From contig CAYYLC010000004.1 in NCBI GenBank assembly GCA_964472415.1, forward strand, positions 33,110 through 97,109: a DNA stretch of 64,000 bases, in the 5' to 3' direction. A program made the position numbers and the translations under genes. Under the pieces are notes generated by a model. That model was given only the letters and a program-made list of their open reading frames with translations. It searched no databases and was not told the origin of the DNA. Each line of letters begins with the position of its first letter. Position 1 is the stretch's first letter. Below, in pieces: positions 29,837-40,949 of the stretch. The DNA is from an uncultured Gammaproteobacteria bacterium (GTDB taxonomy: Bacteria; Patescibacteriota; Microgenomatia; Levybacterales; GWA1-39-11).

Positions 29837-30049
29837 TTACGAATCTGTTTTTTGCTGAATACCCAAAAGGTATAATACTGCTTCTTTTTTATACCGTCTA
29901 TCACCACGAGAATTGATACGAATCGCAGGGAGCTTGCCACGCTTACCCCATCGTTTAATTGTTAGTGGAGAGACTCGCAATAATTCGGCAACTTCACGGA
30001 CAGTGAGGAGATCTGGTAATTCTGCTATTGATATCTTTTGATTAGCCAT
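29837..30049 (-). CDS. BldC-like/excisionase-family HTH DNA-binding protein
   Basis: LLTVREVAELLRVSPLTIKRWGKRGKLPAIRINSRGDRRY. Confidence 0.88.
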   Translation of the reverse strand: MANQKISIAELPDLLTVREVAELLRVSPLTIKRWGKRGKLPAIRINSRGDRRYKKEAVLYLLGIQQKTDS

Positions 30050-30470
30050 TTTCTAAATCTTAACTAAACCTACTGTATCTAATGTAGTAAAACAACCACA
30101 CATTGTCAAGGGCAAAAACAAAGTAAAAAGCAAAATGATATTATTTAATATATATTGATTCATATTGCTATATATTTGAGCGTAAGTACTATCAAACAAT
30201 ACTCTAATACTATATTTTATATCAATACACTACCAGGTCTCACCCATTTCCTCCATGAAAACTTGCTGCTTTTAAAACGTATTTACTTTTTACATCCACC
30301 AGAAAAAGACATTTTTTCAAAATAATATAATAAGAACAATAATCAGTATATTCAGAAATAAGCGAGGAGATCTCTCGATAAAACGAAACCTTCTCTATTA
30401 AAATATGAAAAAAGTATGACTTGAAAAACCATAATGTTCACTCTTCAATATATGTCTCTTTTTGAACTAA

Positions 30471-31193
30471 TTACTTTGAGGGAGAAAAACGCTCTTGAAG
30501 TACTTTGAATACAAACATCGGAAGTGCTTTTTGCCTTTTAAACCTCCACGGCTGAATAATAAGTCGAAACAGCCACTCAAGCCCAATACTCCTCATAATT
30601 TTTGGGGCACGCGGAACAGATCCACTTAAAAAATCAAATGCACCACCGACTCCCATCGCTGAGGTTACAGGAAGATTTGAGAGATTTTTCGCTATCCACT
30701 TCTCTTGCTTTGGCGATCCCAATGCCACAAACAACATGTCTATATGCTTCCCTTTCAGTTCTCTTATATCCCATTTATCATTTTCATATACAACTTTGAG
30801 ATTTGGATAGATTTTTTTTAAGCAGCTGGAAGTCTTCACTGCTACACCCGGGGCTGCACCAAAAAATCCCGTCGTTAAGCCCTGTTCTGCACATTTTGAT
30901 ACTAACTCTTGCATGAAATCTACTCCAGTAAGACGACTCTTGATGCCCAATCCGAGGAATCGTGCTGCCATGAGCACACCAATACCATCCGAAAGAGACC
31001 ATTGAGCCTGATTAAGGACAGATCTATACTCCTTATCCTTCAAAGCTATCATTATAAGTTCTGGGTTTGGGGTTACTATATAGAATTTATCCTTCCGATA
31101 CTTCAGTCCTTTAATGATTTCTAAAAGGATATAATCCTTTTTTTCCGTGGAAAGAGAAACTCCTAATAATGTAGTCACAGATAATCTCTTCAT
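30471..31193 (-). CDS. WecB/TagA/CpsF family glycosyltransferase
   Basis: VTPNPE, DGIGV, TGVDF, LGSPKQEKW, GVGGAFDFLSG, GLEWLFRL..QPWR. Confidence 0.94.
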   Translation of the reverse strand: MKRLSVTTLLGVSLSTEKKDYILLEIIKGLKYRKDKFYIVTPNPELIMIALKDKEYRSVLNQAQWSLSDGIGVLMAARFLGLGIKSRLTGVDFMQELVSKCAEQGLTTGFFGAAPGVAVKTSSCLKKIYPNLKVVYENDKWDIRELKGKHIDMLFVALGSPKQEKWIAKNLSNLPVTSAMGVGGAFDFLSGSVPRAPKIMRSIGLEWLFRLIIQPWRFKRQKALPMFVFKVLQERFSPSK

Positions 31194-31485
31194 AATACTA
31201 AAAGACTTTATACATATCGCACAATTCACCAATTTTACTATAATTCGTTCACTTTTTATACTCTAGATTTATCTCAAAATATCAATATAATCTAAAATAG
31301 ACTGCAAATTTTAGATATTTTACATATATCAATATAATAATATCTATAAGTCATCTCAATTTGGAACAATTTAGGACCAGATTGTGAAAACTACCCTCTA
31401 TTTATTATGAAATGTACAAATTTTCCCAAAATATTCAAAATCAAATATAGATATAATATTTACTTATAAGATAAAATAGATTTTC

Positions 31486-32493
31486 CTACTTTTTATTGAT
31501 GCTTCTTTTATATAATTCTAAATTTTCTATAGCGACCCCTGTTCCACGCACCACACAATACAATGGGTCTTCAGCAACATATGCTGGAACTCCTGTTTCA
31601 CGAGTAATGTATTTATCTATATTTCTCAAAAGCATAGTGCCTCCGGTAAGAACTATCCCCTTCTCAATAATGTCAGATGACAACTCTGGAGGAGTCTTCT
31701 CAAAAACCTCACGTATAGCTGAGATAATTTTTTTCAGGATCGGCTCGATCCCTTCAAAGACTTGCCCTTCGGTAATCTCTTCTTGCCGCGGCAAACCAGA
31801 AACACTATCGCGGCCTCGAATCTCCATCTTTTTTTCAGAGCTTTCTGAAGGAATTGCATTTCCTAATTTTATTTTCATGTCCTCAGATGAACGCTCTCCA
31901 ATCAATATTCCGAATTTCTTCCTGACATAGTTCACCATTGCCTCCTGAAGTGCATCGCCACCAACGCGTACAGATGCGTGATTTACAATCCCACCCAAAG
32001 AAATCACCGCAACGTCTGTAGTTCCGCCTCCACTATCCAAAATCATATGCCCGCTCGCTTGAGCTATCGGAATTTTTGCACCAATTGCAGCTGCTAACGG
32101 CTCTTCTATTAAATACACCGCCCGAGCTCCCGCAGCATGAGTCGCATCAAGCACTGCCCGTTTTTCTACCTGAGTAATTCCTGAAGGAATACACACCATA
32201 ACTTCAGGTTTTATCAAACGAGATTTCCCTGACACTTTCTGGATAAAATACTCAAGCATCGATTGTGTCACCTGATAATCAGCGATCACTCCGTCTTTGA
32301 GCGGTCGAGATGCAACAATATTTCCTGGTGTTCTCCCAAGCATGTCTTTTGCCTCGAGCCCTACAGCAACAACTTGATTCGTGTCTGCGCGTACTGCAAC
32401 AACTGTCGGCTCATTCAACACAACACCCTGCCCACCGAGATACACGAGCATATTCGCCGTCCCTAAATCTATTCCTATTCGTTTACTAAACAT
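31486..32493 (-). CDS. mreB: Rod shape-determining protein MreB/Mbl
   Basis: GIDLGTAN, PLKDGVIAD, IEEPLAAAIGA, DSGGGTTD, TPPELSSDI. Confidence 0.95.
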   Translation of the reverse strand: MFSKRIGIDLGTANMLVYLGGQGVVLNEPTVVAVRADTNQVVAVGLEAKDMLGRTPGNIVASRPLKDGVIADYQVTQSMLEYFIQKVSGKSRLIKPEVMVCIPSGITQVEKRAVLDATHAAGARAVYLIEEPLAAAIGAKIPIAQASGHMILDSGGGTTDVAVISLGGIVNHASVRVGGDALQEAMVNYVRKKFGILIGERSSEDMKIKLGNAIPSESSEKKMEIRGRDSVSGLPRQEEITEGQVFEGIEPILKKIISAIREVFEKTPPELSSDIIEKGIVLTGGTMLLRNIDKYITRETGVPAYVAEDPLYCVVRGTGVAIENLELYKRSINKK

Positions 32494-32721
32494 TGTGATA
32501 AAAATAATATGCGCGAAATGCTAAACGTAGAAATATATCTAAATACTACCTTTCTATATCATTCTTGCCTAGCTATTATTTACTATAACAGTACATAAAA
32601 TCCGTTGCAAGTATAGGTAATAAGAGTATATCCCAAAGAAAATATTTGATATGGTATAATACACTTTTATTACTCCCGAAGACTTGATTCCTGAAATTAT
32701 TTCCGAGATACTTATACAACT

Positions 32722-33936
32722 ATGGTAAAACACGTCAAAAGCCCGATGCTCAGGACTATTCTGATTGTTCTCGTAATATCTATTGTTGCGATTGGGGCAA
32801 TAGCATATGGAAAGGGCTACCGCATCACAAAAGACGAATCTGGGCGACAAATTGTTGCCGGAACTGGATTGCTCGTAATCACCTCTTCCCCTGATGGCGC
32901 CCGGACATTTATTGATGGCGAGCTTTCAACCGCAACAGATGACACAATAAATCTCAAACCTGGCAAATATACAGTAAAGATTGAAAAGGATGGATATTTT
33001 CCTTGGGAAAAAGAAATAGTAATAAAAAACGAACAGGTTACCGAAACAAATGCACTTCTTTTCCCAAAAGCTCCTCAACTTACCAATCTCACGACTACAG
33101 GAATCTCAAACCCCGTTTCAGATAGTAAGGGGCAAATACTTGCCTACACCGTAGCATCTGCTTCTGCAAATTTGAATGGCGTTTATATCATGAATCTTAA
33201 TCGAGGATTTCTGCCTATCGGAGATGCACACCGACAAATCAGTAGTAATCTCATTGATAACTTTTCAGAAGCGACACTCGAGTTTTCACCAGATAGCTCA
33301 GAGCTTCTCGCAACCATAACACCTACCGCAAGTGGTTCAGCAAGAAGCTACTTGTTGCGAACAAATGAATTCAATCCTTCACCACTACTCGTTACCGCAA
33401 GTGCAGATACTATTCGTGAAAACTGGAAACAAGATATGGAAGAAATTCTCGATGAACGACTTCGCTCGATGCCGAAAAATGCTAGAATTCTTGCAAAAGA
33501 GTATTTTGCAAATCCTCTCTTTTCACCAGAAGAAGACAATATTCTCTATACAGCATCAGCTTCCGGAACGCTCTCTATAGCAATCAACCCGCCCATCCCG
33601 AGCACAAACTCTACTCCTGAGGTACGAAACGTCGTAGAGGGAAATCTTTATGTTTACAATATTAAAGACGATAAAAATTATCTATTTCGTGAAAAAACTG
33701 AAGATACAGAATTTCCACAATTTATCTGGCATCCTGATAACAGACATCTCTACTATATAGAAAACAATAGGATTAACTCGGTAGAATATGACGGATTCAA
33801 TAAAACAACTGTGTACGCTGGACCATTTATCAATAATTTTCTTGTACCATGGCCGGATGGAGCTGGCATGGTCATTCTTACGAGTTTTAACGATTCATCC
33901 ATTCCCCCAAATCTTTATCGCATCATCTTTAAATAG
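32722..33936 (+). CDS. PEGA domain membrane-anchored protein with C-terminal TolB-like propeller
   Basis: TSSPDGARTFIDG...LKPGKYTVKIEKDGYFPWEK; FSPD and WHPD repeats. Confidence 0.85.
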   Translation: MVKHVKSPMLRTILIVLVISIVAIGAIAYGKGYRITKDESGRQIVAGTGLLVITSSPDGARTFIDGELSTATDDTINLKPGKYTVKIEKDGYFPWEKEIVIKNEQVTETNALLFPKAPQLTNLTTTGISNPVSDSKGQILAYTVASASANLNGVYIMNLNRGFLPIGDAHRQISSNLIDNFSEATLEFSPDSSELLATITPTASGSARSYLLRTNEFNPSPLLVTASADTIRENWKQDMEEILDERLRSMPKNARILAKEYFANPLFSPEEDNILYTASASGTLSIAINPPIPSTNSTPEVRNVVEGNLYVYNIKDDKNYLFREKTEDTEFPQFIWHPDNRHLYYIENNRINSVEYDGFNKTTVYAGPFINNFLVPWPDGAGMVILTSFNDSSIPPNLYRIIFK

Positions 33937-33981
33937 AAAATTCAACTTGCGACTTTCCCGAAAATACGAAATACTTATCGT

Positions 33982-34839
33982 ATGAGAAAAGCAGTATTTT
34001 TTTGTACGGTTCTACTATTCACTACTATCACGACTCCACTGCACGCCCAGACGATGACTTTTCCGGAAAAATCGCAATCAGGGAACACAACAGTAAACGC
34101 TACCGTAGGTGACAGATTTATAACAGTTACCGGCTATCAATCTCCCAATGCATCCGTAGTCATAGAAACGCTTCGGAGAATTTTTATGAGCTCAACTACT
34201 GCTGATGGGAATGGGCATTTTACAATCTCAGAACTCCTTATCACAGATGACTTTCCAGGATTCTGCTTTACCGCGATAGACTTTCGGAGAGTTGGAGAGT
34301 CCGAATCTTGTGTGGAAATAGAAAAAATTACCCGCGACGGCGAAACATACGAGGATATTTTCCTTCCACCGACTATTGGGCTTTCAAAAAAACTTATAAC
34401 AGTCGGAGAAAACGCGCAGATATTTGGATATTCTATGCCACATGCTCAAGTAAATATTCAGTTCAATAATGAAACAGTTACTATTCAATCAGATGAAACA
34501 GGATACTACGAATATATTTTCGAGAACCCTCCCGCCGGAACATATGCATTCTCATCTCGTGGAGTCCTTGGTGAAAAAACATCCCTAGATCCAGAAAATA
34601 AAGCTATCCTTGAGGTGATTACCCTTCCTGAAAAAATTCGTGATGATATAACCGGTTTTGCACAAGATATTGATGACCGATTCCCGGGAATTCTGTTTCT
34701 CGCACCACTTCTTCTGATTTTCATTGCACTGCTTATACTTCTCTTCTGGAAAACACAGCCGAAATTTCTTTTCATTATATTTGACAAATTCAAAAAGCGA
34801 CATCCAATGCACCACGATTACTTCCTATTCCAACACTAA
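33982..34839 (+). CDS. Secreted Ig/prealbumin-like protein with C-terminal TM anchor
   Basis: Signal peptide; TADGNGHF and SDETGYY motifs; C-terminal TM. Confidence 0.7.
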   Translation: MRKAVFFCTVLLFTTITTPLHAQTMTFPEKSQSGNTTVNATVGDRFITVTGYQSPNASVVIETLRRIFMSSTTADGNGHFTISELLITDDFPGFCFTAIDFRRVGESESCVEIEKITRDGETYEDIFLPPTIGLSKKLITVGENAQIFGYSMPHAQVNIQFNNETVTIQSDETGYYEYIFENPPAGTYAFSSRGVLGEKTSLDPENKAILEVITLPEKIRDDITGFAQDIDDRFPGILFLAPLLLIFIALLILLFWKTQPKFLFIIFDKFKKRHPMHHDYFLFQH

Positions 34840-35030
34840 TCTTGTATTCATTCTTTGGTGCAGATTTCTATAGACTCATATTTATATAAAAAATACGCGC
34901 TGCCAATACACTCTATGAAACTTTTCCAAAAAAAACCCAATTTATCCTAATATACTACGTGGGGTCATTTATCATGAATTTATATTTTTTCCTTGACAAG
35001 ACTATATAAATGTGTCTTAAATAATATTGT

Positions 35031-36542
35031 ATGATTTCTAGAATTTATCTTCTTCTGCCTTTGCTGGGCATAAGCATCGGTATTACAGGGCTCTTCCTTT
35101 TTGTTTTCACGAAAAATGCTCACGCAGCAACACTTATAAACGCAAGTAACACTATTACAACATCTCGCCCTTCAGCCGCTTCACCCTTTTCTTCAGATGT
35201 TTCTGGTACTGACACTACAGCAGCGATTCTGAATAATGGATCGTTCTATCTTGCATCAGATTCTGCACAAATCAGACAAGGGCAAAGTGGCGCACTTATT
35301 GATGCAGCAACAATTATCGCTTCACAATCTGCAGCACTCACTACTGTGTATTTTTCAGAGGCTGTCGGCGCTGGGGCTGGAGCTGACTCAGATGTTCTCA
35401 TTGTACCAATCACTGCTATGCATAGAATCCAATTTACTATACCTCAAACGATTCCTACCTCTGGAGACATTGTACTCACCTTCCCAATACTTGAGACTGG
35501 AGATGCAAATAATGAAGCTTCTCCTTCTGCCTCTACATTCCAGTTCAACGACCTCGATACGAACGCTGCCACACTCATTCACGTAGTAGATGATGGAACG
35601 GATATCACCGCAAATATTACTGCCGCTGCCACAAATCCTGCGAGCGCTGGGGACTCACCAGAGATCATCATTACCCTTAATAGTGGAAGCATTGTCTCAG
35701 GAAGCGTTGTAGATATATTTATCGGTTGCACAACTATTGCAGCTGGTGACTGCTCTGCCCAGACACCGACACTCATTAACCCGACAAAGACTGCATCAGC
35801 TGGGACTGCTGATGTCTGGAAAATAAATGCTCAGACTCGAGATGCATCTGATGTGAATCTCGATAACGCTACTATTGCTATCGGCACTATTGAATCTGTT
35901 ACCGTTCGGGCAACTGTAGATCCAACACTCTCCTTCACTATTTCTGGGATTGGAAATGGATCAGCAATTAATCTCGGAAACACGACCGGATGCTTGCAAA
36001 CGGAAACAACAAATGCTGGGATTGATTCTACTTCTACTGAGGTAAACCTTGGACTCCTCGCTAATACTCCATCAGGAACTGATGTAAAAGTAGGAAATAT
36101 TGCAGCACAAAGAATCAACATAACCACGAATGCTGCTGGAGGATATATTCTCGCTGCAACATCATCCGGACAACTCATCAACCCAGAAACCGGATTTTTC
36201 CTTAACTCCTCTACCACTCCGACTGCATTCCCTTCAAGTGGCGCTGACTGGTTCGGTATTCATCCGTGTGGACTTGATGTAACTACTGCCACGTGGAATT
36301 CTACTGCAAGTACTGCATGTAGCAGCTTTGTAAGTGGTTCAACAGATCCGATTTGTCTGTATGCGTGGCCTACACAGAGTGCACCACTTACTCTTGCATC
36401 AGATGCAGTAGGACCTATTGGTAACTCACTTGTTACTGGAAATGGAGTAATTTCTGTTGCGTACGCCGCGTCTGTAGATCCGGGAATCCCCCCAGGATCA
36501 TATAGAACAGTAATAACGTATGTGGCAACACCAGTATTCTAG
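35031..36542 (+). CDS. Secreted surface protein with WxL-like C-terminal domain (paralog A)
   Basis: Signal peptide AHA|A; VRATVDPTLSFTI, TNAAGGY.L, GSYRTVITYVATP. Confidence 0.7.
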   Translation: MISRIYLLLPLLGISIGITGLFLFVFTKNAHAATLINASNTITTSRPSAASPFSSDVSGTDTTAAILNNGSFYLASDSAQIRQGQSGALIDAATIIASQSAALTTVYFSEAVGAGAGADSDVLIVPITAMHRIQFTIPQTIPTSGDIVLTFPILETGDANNEASPSASTFQFNDLDTNAATLIHVVDDGTDITANITAAATNPASAGDSPEIIITLNSGSIVSGSVVDIFIGCTTIAAGDCSAQTPTLINPTKTASAGTADVWKINAQTRDASDVNLDNATIAIGTIESVTVRATVDPTLSFTISGIGNGSAINLGNTTGCLQTETTNAGIDSTSTEVNLGLLANTPSGTDVKVGNIAAQRINITTNAAGGYILAATSSGQLINPETGFFLNSSTTPTAFPSSGADWFGIHPCGLDVTTATWNSTASTACSSFVSGSTDPICLYAWPTQSAPLTLASDAVGPIGNSLVTGNGVISVAYAASVDPGIPPGSYRTVITYVATPVF

Positions 36543-36579
36543 AGTTGAGATTATATAAAAATTAATAAATAATAAAAAT

Positions 36580-37563
36580 ATGAAACATCCTGCTCAAGCA
36601 AAATATTTTATAAAAATAACACTCCCCGCAATCCTTATTTCCTTCTTCTTCGTGGCTCTCGCTCAGATCGTATTCGCACAAGAAGCACCTCAAAGAAGCA
36701 TCACAATATCTCCGCCAACCATTGAGCATACTCTTATCCCAGGAGAACGTGCTGAAGGGGTTCTCAAAGTTACAAATGGAGGAAATACTGACCTCACATT
36801 CCAGGCAAATATTCATGACTTTATCGTAGAAGATAAGATTGGAACTCCAAATCTTCTTGCTGATGAAACCTTAACTGAAAAATATTCTGCTGCCACTTGG
36901 CTTGCAGTGACGCCAAATTCCTTCACTGTTCCAGCAGGAACTACGAAGGAGCTAAGCTATTTTCTTCAGGTGCCAGCTGATGCTGCACCAGGCGGAAGAT
37001 ACGCTGCAGTAGTCTATGAGCCAGTTAATATTCTAGATGTTGAAGGGACCGGTGCTGGAGTAAACACCCAATCACTTTCACTCTTTTACATAACTATTGA
37101 TGGACCAATCACAGAAGATGCTGAAGTTGTAAATTTTTCTATTCCAGGATTTTCTGAATATCCTCCTGTAACTGTTTCTACAGAAATTAAAAATAATGGT
37201 CCGCTTCATATTAAACCAAGCGGAAGTATTATTATCCGGAATATGTTTGGCAAAGAAATCGCACGACATGAATTCACTGGCGGAAACATCTTCCCAGAGG
37301 CAACACTCCTGTATGAAAATGAGTTTTTCTCAGATTCAAAGATTCGCGTTGGGCGCTATACGGCAGAACTTTCCACAGCATTTGGTCGCGATCTCAATAT
37401 CCCCCTTGAAGCAACCGCATCATTCATCATCTTCCCTTGGAAAATTGCAGCAGGAATCGCACTTCTTATCGCAATCCTCGTAGTCACAGTTGTGCTCATA
37501 AGAAATAAAAAAACACCTAAAAATCCTCGACCCGAAGCGACGCCTCAACCAACCATAAAATAG
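36580..37563 (+). CDS. DUF916/WxLIP-like membrane-anchored protein
   Basis: ITISPP, LKVTN, VPADAAPGGRYAAV, NNGPLHIKPSG.I.I.NMFG, GRYTA, C-terminal TM. Confidence 0.75.
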   Translation: MKHPAQAKYFIKITLPAILISFFFVALAQIVFAQEAPQRSITISPPTIEHTLIPGERAEGVLKVTNGGNTDLTFQANIHDFIVEDKIGTPNLLADETLTEKYSAATWLAVTPNSFTVPAGTTKELSYFLQVPADAAPGGRYAAVVYEPVNILDVEGTGAGVNTQSLSLFYITIDGPITEDAEVVNFSIPGFSEYPPVTVSTEIKNNGPLHIKPSGSIIIRNMFGKEIARHEFTGGNIFPEATLLYENEFFSDSKIRVGRYTAELSTAFGRDLNIPLEATASFIIFPWKIAAGIALLIAILVVTVVLIRNKKTPKNPRPEATPQPTIK

Positions 37564-37608
37564 GGAAATAGTTTGACAGAAGATTTTATTTCTGCGCACA
37601 ATAATACA

Positions 37609-39051
37609 ATGAAGATAATTTTTGTACTTATGATATCCGCAATTCTCTTTTTTGTAAAAATCTCTCATGCGAATGCGGCAGACCTTATCAATACTCGTGA
37701 CACACTCTCAACTTCTCGCCCATCAGCAGCTTCTCCTTTTACCAGTAATGCAGCCTCTAATGACCGGACTATTACAATTTTGAATAACGGATCGTTCTAT
37801 CTTGCATCAGATTCTGCACAAATAATCCGACACTCAACAGGCACAATTCTCGCAACTGATATTCCTATATCTTCTCAATCTGCGGGGCTTTCTACTATCT
37901 ATCTCGGAGATGATATCGGTACGAATACAACTTCAGGAGATGATATATTGCTCGTTCCAATTACCTCAACTCATACCATACGATTTACTACTGCCTCAGA
38001 AATCCCCGCTGGTGGAGATATACTCCTTACATTTCCGGGAGCAGCGAATAACTCTGCTTCTCCTTCTGCAACTACGTTTGCCTTTAATGGGCTAAATAGC
38101 ACTGGTGGACTTCCAGGAGGAATTTCTAGTCATAACATTTCATGTAATACAAATTCCTTTGTTTTTTCTCCACAAATCATGTGTGAAACAACAGGCTCAG
38201 TTCCGGCTGGCACTACAATAACTATTCTTATTGGCTGCACTGCACAGTCCGGTGGAAATTGTACGACTCAATCTCCGACACTCATCAATCCAACAAAGAC
38301 TACAACCACTGGAACCGCAGATATCTGGAAAATATTTATCCAGACCCGAGATGCAACAGACATAGAACTCGACTCTGCAACCGTTGCAATCGGCACAATA
38401 GATTCTGTTACTGTTCGTGCGTCTATTGATCCCTCTCTTACCTTTGCAATTACAGGAATCGGAAATGGTTCAGCAGTTAACCTTGGAAACACGACCGGAT
38501 GCTTGCAAACGGAAATTACCAATTCGGGCCTCAATTCAACCGCAACTGAAATAAATCTTGGACTCCTTGCAGATACTCCATCAGGAATTGATGTAAGAGT
38601 AGGAAATATTGCAGCACAACGAATCAATATTAGCACCAATGCTGCGAATGGCTATACGCTATCAGCAACATCATCCGGTCAACTTATCAATCCTACCACT
38701 GGATTTTTCCTCGCATCTTCTACCACTCCAACCGCATTCCCTTCAAATAGTTCAGATTGGTTCGGTATCCATCCGTGTGGACTTGATGTAACTACTGCCA
38801 CGTGGAATTCTACTGCAAGTACTAGCTGCAATACGTATATTTCGGGTTCAACAGATCCGATTTGTCTGTATGCGTGGCCTACACAGAGTGCACCACTTAC
38901 TCTTGCATCAGATGCAGTAGGACCTATTGGTAACTCACTTGTTACTGGAAATGGAGTAATTTCTGTTGCGTACGCCGCGTCTACTGATGCAGGCGTTCCC
39001 CCAGGAAGTTATTCTACAGTTATCACCTATACTGCAACTCCAGTCTTCTAG
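37609..39051 (+). CDS. Secreted surface protein with WxL-like C-terminal domain (paralog B)
   Basis: Colinear paralog of 35031..36542. Confidence 0.7.
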   Translation: MKIIFVLMISAILFFVKISHANAADLINTRDTLSTSRPSAASPFTSNAASNDRTITILNNGSFYLASDSAQIIRHSTGTILATDIPISSQSAGLSTIYLGDDIGTNTTSGDDILLVPITSTHTIRFTTASEIPAGGDILLTFPGAANNSASPSATTFAFNGLNSTGGLPGGISSHNISCNTNSFVFSPQIMCETTGSVPAGTTITILIGCTAQSGGNCTTQSPTLINPTKTTTTGTADIWKIFIQTRDATDIELDSATVAIGTIDSVTVRASIDPSLTFAITGIGNGSAVNLGNTTGCLQTEITNSGLNSTATEINLGLLADTPSGIDVRVGNIAAQRINISTNAANGYTLSATSSGQLINPTTGFFLASSTTPTAFPSNSSDWFGIHPCGLDVTTATWNSTASTSCNTYISGSTDPICLYAWPTQSAPLTLASDAVGPIGNSLVTGNGVISVAYAASTDAGVPPGSYSTVITYTATPVF

Positions 39052-40757
39052 TTCAAATATATACCCTCGCGAGAAACAACGGGTTCTGATGAATTTTCTA
39101 CTCCTACAAGCGGAAGAGTAAATTCAATCGTTGTACCTTGTCCTTCTTGTGATTCCAAAGAGATAACCCCTCCATGCGCATCAACGACTGCTTTCGTAAT
39201 AAATAATCCAAGGCCTGTTCCGCTCCCGCGGTGCTGAATGCTCGTTTGATAAAACTTAGTAAACAGCTCCTTTTGAAGACTTTTTGGTATCCCTATACCA
39301 GTATCACTCACCACAATATGAATGTTCTTTTTATCGGTAAAGATGCGGATCAAAACTCTTCCATTTTCATGGTTATACTTAATCGCATTGGAAAGAAGAT
39401 TATTGAAAATTTGCTCGATTCTGAGCGGATCAAAATGAAAAATGGGTACATCCCCATCTTTTTCAAAATCTATCGTTATATGGCGCTTCTCGGCAAGAAT
39501 CTGAAACATTTTAACCCGATCCTCGATCAATTTTATGATGTCTGAAGGCTTTGGCTCTGTCTCAAATTTCCCTGACTGAATACGCGCAGCATCAAGCAGC
39601 TGATTGATATCATTGAGCATTCGCTCAGAAGAAGATTGGATTGTATCCATCATTTTTTTTCGATTCCCAGAAGACATCTCTCCAGAACTCAAAAGTTCTA
39701 TTCCGCCTTTTATGGATGTAAGCGGTGCACGAAGTTCGTGGACAATCATATTCGTAAAATTCTCCCGTAATCTCTCTGACTCATATTCCAACGTCACATC
39801 CTGCATAGTTATCGCAACACCAATTACTCGCAATGTCGCATTATCAAAAACAGGATTTATCGAAAGATTAAACTGCTTTCCAAATAACTCAATCCCCCGC
39901 AACACTTTCAGCTTTCTCTCTTTCATAACTGTTCTTACTTCTAACACAAAATTCCCTTCATACTGGAATTGAGAAAATACAATATCTGTATCAATTGGCC
40001 CGCTCAATCTCAAATAGCTTCGTGCAGCATTATTGATGGTTATCAGTTTGAGCTGTCCCTGCTCCATCATAAAAAGGATCGCACCAGAAGAAAGGCTATA
40101 AATAAGAGATTGAATCTTCCCCTTCTCAGTATCAATCACATTCTCAAGCCGACCTATCGCAAGCTGAGTCTGATTTACAATTTTATAGAGAAGACTCATA
40201 TCTTTATCCTGATAGATTCTTTTTTCCGGAGATGTGATAGAGATAATCCCCACAAATTTATTATTCAACACTAACGGAATATTAAAATATGAATTTGGAA
40301 CCACATCAAAAGATGTATCTTTATTTCGCAATGGTATTTTCTCACCTATCATTACTGCCGGATACTCAGATATTTTGAAATGCTCTAATGTATCATCAAG
40401 AGTAAAAAGCGCAGTCTGAATAATAGATTTTACCTCTTTCATGTACCCATCAGAAACGTGGTCTTTTATAAAACTCTCAAAGATAATTTCCCCATCAGAA
40501 ACAACTGCATACGAAGCGGTCTTAAGAGGAAAAAGACGCTCTGCAGTAACTGCAATAGTCCTTGCTATATCTTGCGTTTTGAGGCTGTATCCTATCTTAT
40601 CATTTACTTCATGTAAAATATTTAACTCATACAACTGCCTACCTAATTCTTTTTGGGTTTCAAAAAGTCTCTTTCGATTCTTTTCCCAGAGAAATGAAAA
40701 TACGACAGCAAGTGATCCGAACAATACTACCGAAGCAAACAAAAACGGAACAAGCAT
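39048..40757 (-). CDS. Sensor histidine kinase (TM-GAF-PAS-HisKA-HATPase)
   Basis: HELRAPLT, NLLSNAIKY, DTGIGI, GTGLGL. Confidence 0.93.
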   Translation of the reverse strand: MLVPFLFASVVLFGSLAVVFSFLWEKNRKRLFETQKELGRQLYELNILHEVNDKIGYSLKTQDIARTIAVTAERLFPLKTASYAVVSDGEIIFESFIKDHVSDGYMKEVKSIIQTALFTLDDTLEHFKISEYPAVMIGEKIPLRNKDTSFDVVPNSYFNIPLVLNNKFVGIISITSPEKRIYQDKDMSLLYKIVNQTQLAIGRLENVIDTEKGKIQSLIYSLSSGAILFMMEQGQLKLITINNAARSYLRLSGPIDTDIVFSQFQYEGNFVLEVRTVMKERKLKVLRGIELFGKQFNLSINPVFDNATLRVIGVAITMQDVTLEYESERLRENFTNMIVHELRAPLTSIKGGIELLSSGEMSSGNRKKMMDTIQSSSERMLNDINQLLDAARIQSGKFETEPKPSDIIKLIEDRVKMFQILAEKRHITIDFEKDGDVPIFHFDPLRIEQIFNNLLSNAIKYNHENGRVLIRIFTDKKNIHIVVSDTGIGIPKSLQKELFTKFYQTSIQHRGSGTGLGLFITKAVVDAHGGVISLESQEGQGTTIEFTLPLVGVENSSEPVVSREGIYLN

Positions 40758-40949
40758 AAATTAAGAGTAGCACTCCGAGGAAATAAGAATCAAGATGATG
40801 GTGTCCCACCGCCTCAAAAGAAACGATGGGACGGGAATGTAGGCTATGATGGGATAGCGACGTTACTCCGCCTCCTCTCAAAGGAGAAACTTGCGCTCTT
40901 CGCCTAAAGATAAAATGGGCCGCTCTTTTGACTCCTTTTCGAGTTGAGC

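Noticed and set aside
35031-39051. DGR template/variable repeat pair
   Set aside because: No reverse transcriptase in the window; both copies are inside full ORFs and the differences are not adenine-specific
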